Shown in pieces: positions 41,017 through 55,171 of a stretch of DNA of 64,000 nucleotides. The stretch spans positions 868,001 through 932,000 of the forward strand of contig CM035357.1 of assembly GCA_020137815.1 (NCBI GenBank), written 5' to 3'. The translations under genes and the position numbers were made by a program. Each line of letters starts with the position of its first letter. Positions within the stretch are counted from its first letter, which is position 1. This stretch comes from Hormiphora californensis. Its lineage: Eukaryota; Animalia; Ctenophora. The notes beneath the pieces were generated by a model. The model saw only the letters and a list, made by a program, of their open reading frames with translations, ran no database searches and was not told where the DNA came from.

Positions 41017-44000
41017 CTAATCCACTTGAACGATGGATAAAGGTTCAAGAGGTTGGGCGGGTTTCCATGTCTCAGTGGCCTTTACATCTTGAATATCTTG
41101 TAAAGTGTGCCTGTTTTTCCACCTCAGGTACCCAGCTGGCAACTCTCTGAAACAATTGGAAACTTGCCAAATATTGGTGTGATGTAGTCGATATTATACT
41201 TGTCAAATAGAAATTAGGGAAACATCAAAGTATCTCTGGGAAAACTGGAGTAGCTGTATGAAGTCAAAGCTGGATTTGGAAATGCCTGCACAATTAGTCA
41301 ACTGTTAAAAGAGCTATAGGCTCTTCCATCAAAAATGACAAGCACGGGTCAGTTTTTGTGCTTCTTAAAACTGTTTTTAAAGACCACCACCCTGCTACCA
41401 CATAGTCTACGTGAGAAGAGTCTTTGAAGTAAAGCTTGCAGTGCAGAAAATTGATTGTGATAGTGGAAACAGAATAGCACATTGTTTACGATTGAATGAA
41501 TGAACGATACAATCAAACATTATATGATACTGGTTTGCGGTTGAGTCACATTACAACATACCCGCTAGAGGGAGGGAGAGCTGGAGGGGCACTTGCTGGG
41601 ATGGGACGGGTGTGGAAACTAGAAGATTCTTCTGGACTCCCATATGGTTTATCACCTTGTGTTGCTACCCCTATACCGTTCCGTTTGTCCACAGCTGTAG
41701 AAAAGTCACTGTCAAAAAGTATATTTTTGAGTTTACCTTGTTTATACATGTGACAAATGACAATAAATTACAGCATCGAAGACATCGTTTTGTCAAATAA
41801 ACTGTCTGTATTTGATTATTAGATCATCATAAAAACTACTACAATTATCATTAATCATTTTCAAGCTCTTTCCAAAGTTTCATGCAATCGTCAATCATCA
41901 TGCTAAGGTCGAGCAAGGGAACTATTTGGTATACTGCACTCACGGCTGGCTTTCTGCTTTACGTCATCAAATGGAAAGACGCTACTCATTTTCAGGTGAT
42001 CATATCGATGGGAAACTCTGAACACGGGCCCTTTATGTCATGGTGAATCCGATTTGTATGGAAAATATAACATAAAAAAGGATGATGTTAGCTAAATTGT
42101 CGAACATTTGAATATTACCTGCTAACGATGGCAGGGGTAGGTTCACGTGAGGAGCAAGCCGAGTTATGGTAGCACCTTCCATGATCTTGATAGCCAATAA
42201 CTTTGTGACGAGTGTAAGAGGGAAAGTGTTTCCTACCCGCATCTGAAGGGAACATAGCATAATCAAATCGAACACACAGGATATTTAAAAAGATAAACCT
42301 CCTAAAAAGAGTCAATACTCAGTACACTCACAGCACAGCGACACATAACACACATAACACACTGACCGCTTAAAATTGTTTTTATGTGTATTAAGGGTAC
42401 ACCTCGGCAAAATTTTTGTCGAGTGCCCGCTTAGCTCTCCATATGGGGTTGTAGGGCATACCAAGCCGACCTCAAATATGCAATTTTAGCCCTTAACTCG
42501 AATTCATATTTTTGCTACAGCCCCTCAAAGTTTGACCCTAAAAACCGGTTTTTAAGGTCCCTAAATTTTATTTTTAGGGCTAGAAAGCTGAAAATTTAGG
42601 GATTCATAGAGGATACCAAGGTGTATAGCTCAAACAGAAATTTTTTGAAATGGAGCTCAATTTTTTGACTGAGACTATTTTACTTTTTTTGACTTTGAGG
42701 CCATATTTGGACATGTTCCTATGGACCGTTAAGGCTAAAAATTGGATATTTGGTGCTCCTAACAATTGTCAAAGTAGCCACAAATTTTCAGGAGGTCCGA
42801 ATTTGAAATGTGGCCTACAGGTTTCTTTTTGTAAAGCACATATTTTAGGAAAACTTAAAATGGCTATATCTCAAAAACGGTAGGTCCTAGCGATCTAATT
42901 TCGTGCTAAATCGATTCAGCGGGTCCGATTTTGGGGGGGTCGTCTCTTAGACATTTTGCTCTAAGTCTAACCGTTTTTTCAGAAATCGTATTTTAAGGTT
43001 TGTACATGTTTAGCAGAAATGCTTCTGGCTAGAGCTAATCTTACCTATTTCTGCTAAACATGTACAAACCTTAAAATACGATTTCTGAAAAAACGGTTAG
43101 ACTTAGAGCAAAATGTCTAAGAGACGACCCCCCCCCCCCAAAATCGGACCCGCTGAATCGATTTAGCACGAAATTAGATCGCTAGGACCTACCGTTTTTG
43201 AGATATAGCCATTTTAAGTTTTCCTAAAATATGTGCTTTACAAAAAGAAACCTGTAGGCCACATTTCAAATTCGGACCTCCTGAAAATTTGTGGCTACTT
43301 TGACAATTGTTAGGAGCACCAAATATCCAATTTTTAGCCTTAACGGTCCATAGGAACATGTCCAAATATGGCCTCAAAGTCAAAAAAAGTAAAATAGTCT
43401 CAGTCAAAAAATTGAGCTCCATTTCAAAAAATTTCTGTTTGAGCTATACACCTTGGTATCCTCTATGAATCCCTAAATTTTCAGCTTTCTAGCCCTAAAA
43501 ATAAAATTTAGGGACCTTAAAAACCGGTTTTTAGGGTCAAACTTTGAGGGGCTGTAGCAAAAATATGAATTCGAGTTAAGGGCTAAAATTGCATATTTGA
43601 GGTCGGCTTGGTATGCCCTACAACCCCATATGGAGAGCTAAGCGGGCACTCGACAAAAATTTTGCCGAGGTGTACCCTTAAGTTGGCAAATGCTAATGAC
43701 CCTATTGGAAGGGGATAAGGCAGCGCTTTTCAATGTATCAAGCTGTCTTCCAAACAAATCTTAATGGTGCAGTGCCGGGACCCGGCGGGGTTGGTGCTCC
43801 AACACATGTTTCAAGGTGTTAAATATCGAACTTACATGCTAAATTAGCTGGTTCGGGATGCCAAGTGAGTGCATTTCTAGCACCAGAACCAGTCCCAGCC
43901 GGGTAAGAAAAGTTGGTGTCGCCATCTTCCCTCTGTAGGTCAATTCTACGACGGAATAAGTGATCGTGAAGCCCATAAATCCTAGTATCCTGACCCTGGT

Positions 44001-44028
44001 TCTTGTTCATGATTCCAAGGGTCGCCAT
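41017..44028 (-). CDS. SPATS1: SPATS1-like (spermatogenesis-associated serine-rich protein 1), 5 exons, ~217 aa
   Basis: Exons 44028-43836, 42242-42119, 42017-41944, 41694-41562, 41146-41017 are phase-consistent. Motifs KRNGIGVATQGDKPYGSPEESSSFH and DVKATETWKPAQPL match the recalled SPATS1 blocks (RNGIP...GD.PY..PE.S..FH; EV..L..W.PA.PL). The start could instead be the Met at 44010. Confidence 0.75.
42395..43677. mobile_element. 1283-bp foldback element with TTAA TSD (Kolobok-like) in SPATS1 intron 1
   Basis: Arms 42395-43020 and 43047-43677 with a 26-nt loop; TTAA|GGGTAC...GTACCC|TTAA. Arms differ visibly only in a G7/C12 run; they produce the twin ORFs at 42650 and 43189. Confidence 0.9.
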
Positions 44029-45256
<1,228 letters not shown>

Positions 45257-46234
45257 TCCTGTGATATATATTCCTGATATATCTGTTTGTCTGTCGATTG
45301 TTATGGGCTATGTGTAGTTATGAATTTTTACGGAAATTGTCTTGGGACACTCTGTTCAATTGTTGGATTTTAATATCAAACAAGTTACATAAATAGTTTG
45401 TGAGTGATGTAAATATATACAAGAATATATATATATAACATGTTGAGTGTGTCAGTGTATGTTAGGATTCGATAGCTGCAGATTTGTGCAGAAGTTTAAA
45501 ATTCCTCCCTCTCTCTCTATCTGCTTTTTCGGAAGCATAGAAATGGAATAATCCAGAGTACGGGAGAGTAAAGGAGAGAGAGGCAGGGTTTTTGCATGGA
45601 GAAATGATATATTGGTTATGGTTGAATTTCGTTACGCTCAACGCTAGCTACTGCGGCGTTGGGCCTGTTTTCCTGTCGTACGGCTATCGAGGACAGCCGT
45701 TTGATAAAATCTTGATATCGTTAGGAAATCATAAAACGATTCTAATACTTCTCAGAAAAAACTTTGTACTTTGTACTAGGGTAGGACATATTTGGAATAT
45801 ATTTTGGAATGTCAAAATCGCAGGAAAACATCGTGCATTATGAGATCATAATGCAAACTAAATGTTGTTATATGTAATTAGGTGGGTAAAGTGACAGCTA
45901 TTAATTTTGAGTAATTTTATGGATTTTACGTCCTTGTATTGCTGTAGAGGGAGTTATAAGATTAGTATTATAGAGTGGTATTATAATAGAGAACATCCCA
46001 GATTATCAGATTGTTAAATACGAAATAGATTGTTAAATACCTAGATTTTTTGGTAGCATATCACGTTATTTTGTTTTGAATTCTATATTTCCACAGTTAT
46101 TTGTATAAAGAGAAGGATTAGTTATAGTTTTCTCCAGACAAGTCCTCCCAATTTCCCAACTCGATTAAGATGGGATGTTGTTGTGTAGGGTTGTGATGTG
46201 AGGAAATGTATTGTTGTGTAGTTAGGAGTTATAC

Positions 46235-46343
46235 CAGGAACCGACCGAATCAGGAAATACTGGTCTCTGATTGGCTGATAACCAGTCACGTGACCTAAAT
46301 AACGAGTTCTGATTGGTTGTTTACTTGTGTCGGTCGGTTCCTG
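46235..46343. mobile_element. 109-bp hAT-like MITE, copy 2
   Basis: CAGGAACCGACCGA...TCGGTCGGTTCCTG with perfect 8-bp TSD AGTTATAC. Confidence 0.9.
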
Positions 46344-47437
46344 AGTTATACCAAGTAATATTTGTGTATTTTTCCCCCAGATATATAATGTCTGTGTAAC
46401 GCCCCCGAATTTGTACATATATACATTTCTAACTAGATTGCCTCTGTTCAGAGCAGCGTGGGTCTAGTTTGGTCAGAGTCATAATTATTATTATTATAGA
46501 GGCAATTGTGTTGCAATTTGGCTGGTTAAAAGCACTCAAAATCTCCAATAAATCAATCGTCGATTCTAGTTTTTTTTTCAGGAGATCTTGGGTGTTAGAT
46601 TAATCATCCAAATTGCCCAAATAATCCTCATGTTTCCTCCCGATTTGTAAAGTTTTTTGTGCAGCTATAATTTACCCCGACAATTACTATACAGAACTGA
46701 ACACTGTTTACCGAAACTGCCGTGTTTTATTCTCCCTCGTCCTGATAACTAGTCCTGATGACTCCTGATGGCCCCCTCCTGATGACTAACTCCGATTAAT
46801 AAAATCAAAACTGATCCCTTTCGATTCAAATATATAATGATCCTTATTCTGTCGCTCACTGTCTCACTGCTATTTTCACCTCGATTTTCATATTTCATTT
46901 TCACCGAGCTATTATATTATACACAATCACTTGTTCTTTGATTCCAAGTTGCTAAAAATAAATTCTGGCAAGGGATCAGACGAGCACAATGTTGGCACAT
47001 TCTTTATATTCCAACAGCTCTCCTGTGAAAATATTGCATTTTATAATAAGCACACATCTGACTGGTATGAAAGAAAGTTAATTAGTTGTCAGGTAATTAG
47101 ATAATAATTAGTTCTCATGTATTTTCTGGTTCCAGAATCGATGGTCCTCTGGTGGCGGTGACTCCTTCTGCCCATAGTTAGCTTTCATTTTATATTTGTA
47201 CACTTTCTACACGTAGACATCCAAGACTCCAAGAGAGGTAGAGAGGTAGAGACAGAAGCAGGAAGAAAGGATGTTTGTGTGTTATGTGTGAAAATTGTTG
47301 GGTGTGACGTGACTTATATCCATGTATTATATATTGACATTTGACCCTCTACTTTCGGCCCTGAAATCGAGAAGAATTTTCATATTTCTCTACACGGCAT
47401 GTTTACATTTCACTCGTGACATACATAGCCTACCCGG

Positions 47438-47527
<90 letters not shown>

Positions 47528-47877
47528 CATTTCGTTGACAGTGATATCACCCTCGTTGCGGTTAGGCTGGCACTATGACAGAGACAATTTCACACTGAAC
47601 CACAGATAGGACGATAAATACAATACTTGACTGTGTTTCGTTAGAACATAACAACACAGTTCATGAACTAAATAATCATTCGGCGATCTAAATAACATTA
47701 TAATTCATTCCTGGGCTCAAGTTTATCCATCTATACATTATTAGAATTTAAAGCATTCATTCATTATCTCTTTTTCTGAGCAACTTCTCTTATAATTTCT
47801 AATTTCTCTCCATGGACATGTGTGTGGGCCCTGCTGTGTGGGTACTGGGTAATTAACATACACACCAGGAAACAGCA

Positions 47878-47961
<84 letters not shown>

Positions 47962-48149
47962 TCTTATTTTACCCCTTTTACTCTTCGCCATTCTTGCACT
48001 GTTCATCTTGGATTCAATGTTTCTAAGAATAAACCCAAAATTAATGGAGTGTTCATCATGGATAAGTGAATCAAATTCGAACATACGATTTTACGACGTA
48101 TCTTTTTATTTCCGTTTCAATACACATACTCTCTCTCTCTCTCACACTC

Positions 48150-48235
<86 letters not shown>

Positions 48236-48562
48236 TCCGTTTCTTCGCTTGTCAAGTTTTTCCTGTCACGATTGCTTCTAATGCAGTTTGCAGAAACCAT
48301 AACATGCACTACTTGTGCAGAGAAGTGCAGTAAATCATTTTATTACTCTTTCTCTCACACTCTCTCTCTCTCACACTCTCTCCCTCCCACACACTCTCTA
48401 TCTTTCTCTCTCTCTCAAGTTCTTACTTCATCTCTTTCGCACGCTCACTTTTCTACAGACCAGTTGTAGGTGCACTCTACAGCTCAGTACATACACACAC
48501 ACATAAGTTCTAGTACTCTCCCTCTCTCTCTATCTCCCTTTCTCTCTCCTTCCATCGCTATC

Positions 48563-48622
<60 letters not shown>

Positions 48623-49328
48623 CCTCTCTTTCACTCGGCCGCTTCCGGGAGTGTGTGCACAGAAAGATGGAGAGACACACACCACACTGTATAATATAGA
48701 GGGTGCTGGACACATCGGATACTTTACAGAGAGAAGGATAAACCTGAGAGAGAGACCTTCTCAGAGTGAAGGATAAACCTGTGAGAACCAGTGATAAAAG
48801 TTGTTGCGATGGTACTCAACAACATGTAAAGAGGTCGATGTGCAATGTTCATATAAGCGAATCATCTATCACTTGTATGAACTATTAAAATAACAGTGTT
48901 TGATGGCCCGTCCAGTCACCACACACGCACATGTGTATACACCAATTCCTCTGTACCTGACCTAACGTCAACATATACATGTGTAATATATGTAACCATT
49001 GCTCAGAATGGCTTCCTTTTTGTATACATCACACATTGAAGGCTTACAGGGAAGGGAAATATGAGAAGTATGTATTGTGAATATATCATATGAATATGAT
49101 ACAGTGCAATCATAACATACGATCTGTATCATATATTCACTGAAATCTGAATATACGATACAGATCGTGACAGTACAATCCACTATTTAAATGAGAAATA
49201 CAATGTCATCAATGAATGTATAATATATGTGAATATGATACTGAACGTTGTGCTGTAGATACAGAACGTTTCGTCACACTGACGTCAGTGCAACCCACTA
49301 TTTTCCCTCTTTATATAGCACGTGTGAT

Positions 49329-50189
49329 ATGTCAGTAAATTTGGATGACCTCGTGATCCGATACCGAACGGTTGAGTCCCACCTCTCTACTCTTTCTTCT
49401 CCCCTCATCTCCACTACATCATACCTCCTCTCCTGGCGGAACATCCCCCTTTCCTCCCTATCTCTAACAGTCACCCTGGCCCTACTACATCGTCCCTACA
49501 TAATCCACGTCCTCTCTGCTGCACTTGTGGGCATGCTCTTCTCCCTTGGATACCTTGATAAAACATACCCCACTAAAGAGGAGAAAAAAGTAGACCCTGT
49601 TTCCTTCCTCAACCCCCAGTATTATTCTCTCCAACAGGCCGGGAAGAGGAACGCTGTTAGGGAGTTTAAGGGAGTCCTAGTTGACCTGGATACTACTTTG
49701 ATCACCATATTGAGCCTTTATGGCACCCTGGTAGACATAGTAAGATGGAGGGATGTTCATAAATCTCGTGGTGTTCTAGGATTCATCCTTATCTCACTCC
49801 TCCTCCCTCTACAAACTAACCAGACCCTCAGTCTCATGGTTATCTTCTTGTTCCTTTATAATCGGAGCTTCTTTAGTCTTGTCAGGAGTATTCTAAACCC
49901 GAAAAAGGGGAAGAAGCTAAACAAGAATCTTTCTCCCGAACACTATTTCTCGGATGAGTATCACGACAGCCAGGAAACTGAGAGTGAAGAGGGGGAGGTG
50001 CCCGCGTGCGGTCATTTCTCAGGGGGACCGTTCTTGAGGTGCGGATATTGCGGGTGTTTGTATTGCGGGGGGTGCTGTGGCAACAATGTTACCAAGGCAA
50101 CCCTGGGTGTTACAAATCCTGATACCATGGAGACAGTCGTTAGGGTGTGTGATGAATGTGTTTCAAATCTACCATCGCCCGAATCTTGA
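49329..50189 (+). CDS. ZFYVE27: Protrudin-like (ZFYVE27), intronless, 286 aa
   Basis: NLDDLVIRYR..E..L..L.....YLLSW N-terminus, hydrophobic hairpin segments, FFAT-like EYHDSQE, and C-terminal atypical FYVE (CGYCGCLYCGGCC...ATLGVT.P....VRVCDEC). Confidence 0.82.
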   Translation: MSVNLDDLVIRYRTVESHLSTLSSPLISTTSYLLSWRNIPLSSLSLTVTLALLHRPYIIHVLSAALVGMLFSLGYLDKTYPTKEEKKVDPVSFLNPQYYSLQQAGKRNAVREFKGVLVDLDTTLITILSLYGTLVDIVRWRDVHKSRGVLGFILISLLLPLQTNQTLSLMVIFLFLYNRSFFSLVRSILNPKKGKKLNKNLSPEHYFSDEYHDSQETESEEGEVPACGHFSGGPFLRCGYCGCLYCGGCCGNNVTKATLGVTNPDTMETVVRVCDECVSNLPSPES

Positions 50190-50332
50190 TATTGTGATTG
50201 AATTATATTGTGTGATTTTTAAGTTTTTGATTTTTGATGATTCATACATTTTTAATACACTTTTTTCACTGATGTTTCTCCATTCTAACAATCTCGAAAG
50301 CAATTTATCTCCTCCCTATATCAAAATCAGAA

Positions 50333-50927
50333 ATGTTGAGTTCAACTCTCTCTACACTGGATCAAATATCCTCCAAAAGACGGAAACTTGACACAACTGC
50401 ACGTGATATGACCTCCACCATCTCAGATATCGCAACTATCTACTCCCTCCTTCACGAGCCCTCCTCCTCTGGTGTTCATGTCCAGGAGGAAATAACGCAT
50501 AGTTGTCTACGGTTAAATTTAACCTGCCCTGCCCCCTCCGCCCTTACTTGCTTTATAAAGGTATACGGGGGAATGTGACAGCTAAAAATACACAACTTGA
50601 ATGTTAGACTAAAATGTCGGTTAATTAGTTGAATATATGTTCTTATTATAGGTTGAGTTGAAGCCTGTGTTAGGGGAGTTGCTAGGCCACCTACGGGACA
50701 GGTATTTCCTTCAATTGAGAGGAGAGGGTGATGAGCATGTTGTGGAAGTTCCCCTGCCTCCCCCGATCGAATTTTGGTCCTATCTATAGTATTAAACTGG
50801 CAGCATCCTGATCTAAAATAAGCAGAATTTTCAGCATCTTAGTCCGCCAATGTGCTGAAAATTCCTCTCAATCATATCAGATACACATGCAGAGAGATTC
50901 TTATTCTTGCAGTACTGCAGCAGTGTG

Positions 50928-50991
<64 letters not shown>

Positions 50992-52063
50992 AGGGGAGGG
51001 AGATGGAGAATATGTGTTGGTTGGCGCCAGTTGTGCGTAGTGCACCGACAACAGTCTAGAGGGGGAAAGGGGGAGATTAGAGAGATTCATACATTACCAT
51101 TGCAATTGAATTGGCTCTCTCTCTCTTTTTCAGCGCGACCAGTTCAACCAATCTGCTGAAAATCGTGCTGAAAACTGACCATTTCAACCAATCTGCTGAA
51201 AATCGTGCTGAAAACTGTTGTCGGTGCATTACGCAAAACTGGAACATTCCCCAGCATATTCTGTCTCTCTGTCACACACAACCAGCACATAATATCCCCA
51301 GATATCTCTCTCTCTCACTCTTCAGTCTTTCACATTCACTGCACCACCTATATTTTCAGCAGAATTTTCAGCACATAATATGTAGATGAAATTTTTGAAT
51401 TGTAAAAATCAGCATTCTCGTTAAAAAAAATCAGCATCCTGGGAGACATTTCTTTCCAATTGGTTGGCAAATTTTGAATTTTCGAACGGGGCCTGCCTCC
51501 AACAGGTTTTTTATGTTAGAGAGGGTCGAGCAACAACATGTTAGTTGAATCAGAACTCCCAGAACAGGGCCTGGTATCGCGGGATATTTGATATAATCCG
51601 GTTATGTAGCAGGGTTAGAAAATGGGAGAATGTTACCACACAAAAACTAGATTTAATAAACATTACCTAACCCTGCATTTTCCTCAGCTGATGTAACTGT
51701 AATGCAAGTGACAGTTGAACTCGCCTTCCAAGCACCCTCATTCCTTCATAACATTCCTGTGGAACAAAAATTTTGTTGTGGTAAGTGATTGGATAACTTT
51801 TACAGTATGTCATCTGTCCCTTCAATTAATTAATTAATTATAGTCCCCTGGCCCTCATTTACATATTTATTGGAAGAGTGCCTGAAAAGTAGAATATTAG
51901 TAACTCACTATTTTTAGTGAGATGTCATGAGCCATCATAATATTATGCCGCGGGATGTAAGCTAGTTTTTTTTTGCGGTGGAAATGTTTGTCTACATGTG
52001 GTTTATTGTCTGTCTAAACTCTGTGTGCCGTCTATCTCCCCGGGAGAGAGTGGGAGAAAGAGA

Positions 52064-52132
<69 letters not shown>

Positions 52133-52558
52133 CATTCAATTAGAACTTGCACACTTTTTAGGCATCCTGCTTGTTGTTTTCCCCCAATGCTAACTACGTC
52201 ATTTTCAGTGAAAGTCTGGGAGAAGTTGCTGAAATCTCCAACCCGACCAACCAACCTTATCACACCATATCCACCACACAACCTTCTACCCACCAGAACT
52301 AACAGAACGATCGGGCGACTCCGTTTTAACTCCTCTCTTCCGTTATCAACATTGTCTTCACTTTTGGGTCCTGACTTCACCATAACAGAAACAGCAGAGA
52401 AACACGTGTTTCTAATTGACAATGTTCCTGAAGATGATATACTCCGAGTAATGTGCCTGTTGCATGGAACATTGAAACAATTTGAACTTGGTAATTCAGC
52501 TGGGAAATTGCAGCAGTACAGCAGTACAGTGAACTCCGGGGCTGGGAGGTTATTTTGA
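50333..52558 (+). CDS. Unknown ~248-aa protein, 4 exons
   Basis: Exons 50333-50560, 50652-50727, 51688-51780, 52209-52558 are phase-consistent. The donor at 50728 (gtgatg) is less certain; read-through stops at 50789. NLS-like KRRKL near the N-terminus. Confidence 0.55.
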
Positions 52559-53357
52559 GCTAATGTAATTTTGATTTTTTCTTTCTTTCGAACGAACTAA
52601 AATAGCAACTAATTTGGTTTTGTGTGTCACACACACACTGCAGTCACGCTGTGTGTGTGTGTGTAAAAACAGAACAGTGCCACATACAAACTGTAATTGA
52701 CAGGAAATGAAGTAGTAAATGTAGCAAACAGTGTCATCGTTGGGTAATGGGTGCCACTGGTTTGGATCACTTATATCTGGGACCGGCTGGGACTGTAAAC
52801 AGTCTCGTGACCGAGAACAGCTATATTTTCTGCTTTCTGGGGTACTCAGGCCAGGATGGTGTCATCTTTGGGTAGTGAGTGCTACTAAAGCTCTGGTTTG
52901 GATCACTTATATCTGGGACTGTAAGTTGAGAACAAGCTACCAACTCTCCACATCAAGGATGAGATCTAACACATCAAACATACTACCAACCCCAATTGGA
53001 ACCGAACGAAACAGTAAACACAGCTTGTTTTGTTCAAACCGGGGAAGGAGGGTCGAACAAGGCAAAACACAGCCTCGTGATCCAGACAACATATATTACA
53101 GTGCCGGGTTCACCATTAGATTTCTGCTGTCTGTGATCGTACCCAGAGATTGGTACACAGTGTGTGTTTGTACAGTTGTCCCCCATAGTGCAGTATGTCT
53201 CACAGTGTAAAACAGGTATTGTTTGCTTGAGGTCTGTTTGTCTGTATACTGCACAATGTCTGACATCATAGTATGCTGTTGCGCACGTCTTAATGGGCTT
53301 CCTGCTAGCGTGTACATTCTCTCTGTGAGTGTACATTCTCTCTCTGAGAGAGAGAGG

Positions 53358-53472
<115 letters not shown>

Positions 53473-53534
53473 GGGTGTCTAAATTTAGCGAAATCCTCTA
53501 TTAATAGCACCACATTCTCTCTTCTCTCTCTTTC

Positions 53535-53619
<85 letters not shown>

Positions 53620-54293
53620 CATCACTCCATCTTTTCGCTCTCACAGATGTCCTATTCAAATAATGGCCTGGGTACCACGTTTGTATCATCGGACGTAGCA
53701 GTGAACCGGTGGAATGTTCGATAGTTTGTTCATCGCAGTTGCGTGATGGGCACCGGGGGCAAATGTAATAACAACTGTCCCTATCTCTCTCTGTTCCTGA
53801 TTAATTCGCACAAACATCCGCTAACTGTTACAATCAAGTATTTGGCGTTACGACGCGGCAGCGATGGAATTCAGTCTAAAAATAGCCATATTCACCAGGA
53901 AGCGCAATAGGAAGTATACGGGCAGGCGAGAGAGCAACGCAACTAGCAGACAAACGACTCGCAGGTAGAGTGGATGGCGCGCGCCTGCGCTCTTAAACTC
54001 CGTGCGCGCTTCGTTTATCTAACCAGGGTGTGGCCCGAACCGGAAGGACGCGTCTTCCCCCGATAAGAACGTGTCCATGAGACGTTTTTTCGGCTTTTTA
54101 ACGTCTCATGGGTGTCAGTTAGGGGTGGGAAGCCCGATTTCTGGTTTGAATGGAAAACCAATGCAACGCCGAGCAGATGGTACCCGTCTCTCGACCATGT
54201 ACCATTTTTGGTAACGAAGTTACCCCTCTGTCGAGGGCATTGCGATAGTAAGGCACGTTTTAGCGTGCCCGCAATGTAGGGGGAACTGCGTTA

Positions 54294-54583
54294 GGGGAAA
54301 CTCTAACTGAATGGCATCCCATTAATGGGATCCCATCAACAGTAAAACTCTAACTGATAATGGACCACAGTGATGGTTCTTTCTCTGTATTCTCTCTGTA
54401 GGCAGTACATCTATGTACTGCCTACAGAGAGAATACAGAGAAAGAACTATAGGGCATGCCCGGGCACGGGCGCGCACACAGAGAGAATACAGAGAAAGAA
54501 CCATCACTGTGGTCCATTATCAGTTAGAGTTTTACTGTTGATGGGATCCCATTAATGGGATGCCATTCAGTTAGAGTTTCCCC
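54294..54583. mobile_element. PIF/Harbinger-like (Tourist-type) foldback MITE
   Basis: TTA|GGGGAAACTCTAACTGAATGG...CCATTCAGTTAGAGTTTCCCC|TTA; ~105-bp arms plus an internal hairpin. Confidence 0.85.
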
Positions 54584-55171
54584 TTACCAAGTACCATTTT
54601 GATTTAAACAAGAAAAAGACGGTAAATTTAAGAAATGGGTGCGTGGTAATTTCAATTATAATAGCAGTGGATATCTTCGTACCAATATACTGAATTTGAA
54701 TTTATCGAGAAATGTGTCTAAAATTATTAACGTAACGAAAATAAACTGTATAGTGTATACTCTAGTCATTCTTTAACTTGGTATTCCGCGACATAAGCAA
54801 GAAATGAGACAAGCACTCAATTATGACTCTTCACACATATAACTCGGTATAGCCACATAAAACAAGAGTCTCTATCACGAATCAATTTGAAATCCCAATT
54901 AGCAATAATATTCTCCCTATCCAACTCAAATCCATCAAGGATATGTATTGCATAAAAACTCCCCTTCCTCGTCTAAGCAGCAACCTTCTGTCCAGCGGCA
55001 GCGGCCTGAAACGGTTGGGTGTCATTAATTAGAAAGGGATAAACAATACAAATATTCCATGCAAAAAAAACATGCAGTTTAGCAAAGCGTGGTTGCTATG
55101 GTAACACTGGTTGCTATGGTAACATTCCCCAAGAGATCAGAGTATCACATTCCGGTCCTCACATATCGCTC

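Noticed and set aside
53960-54290. SRP/7SL-like RNA (TGGCGCGCGCCTG, CCGGAAGGA) with hairpin CCATGAGACGTT/AACGTCTCATGG
   Set aside because: Only short motif resemblance; Alu- and S-domain helices could not be built. An Rfam scan would settle it.
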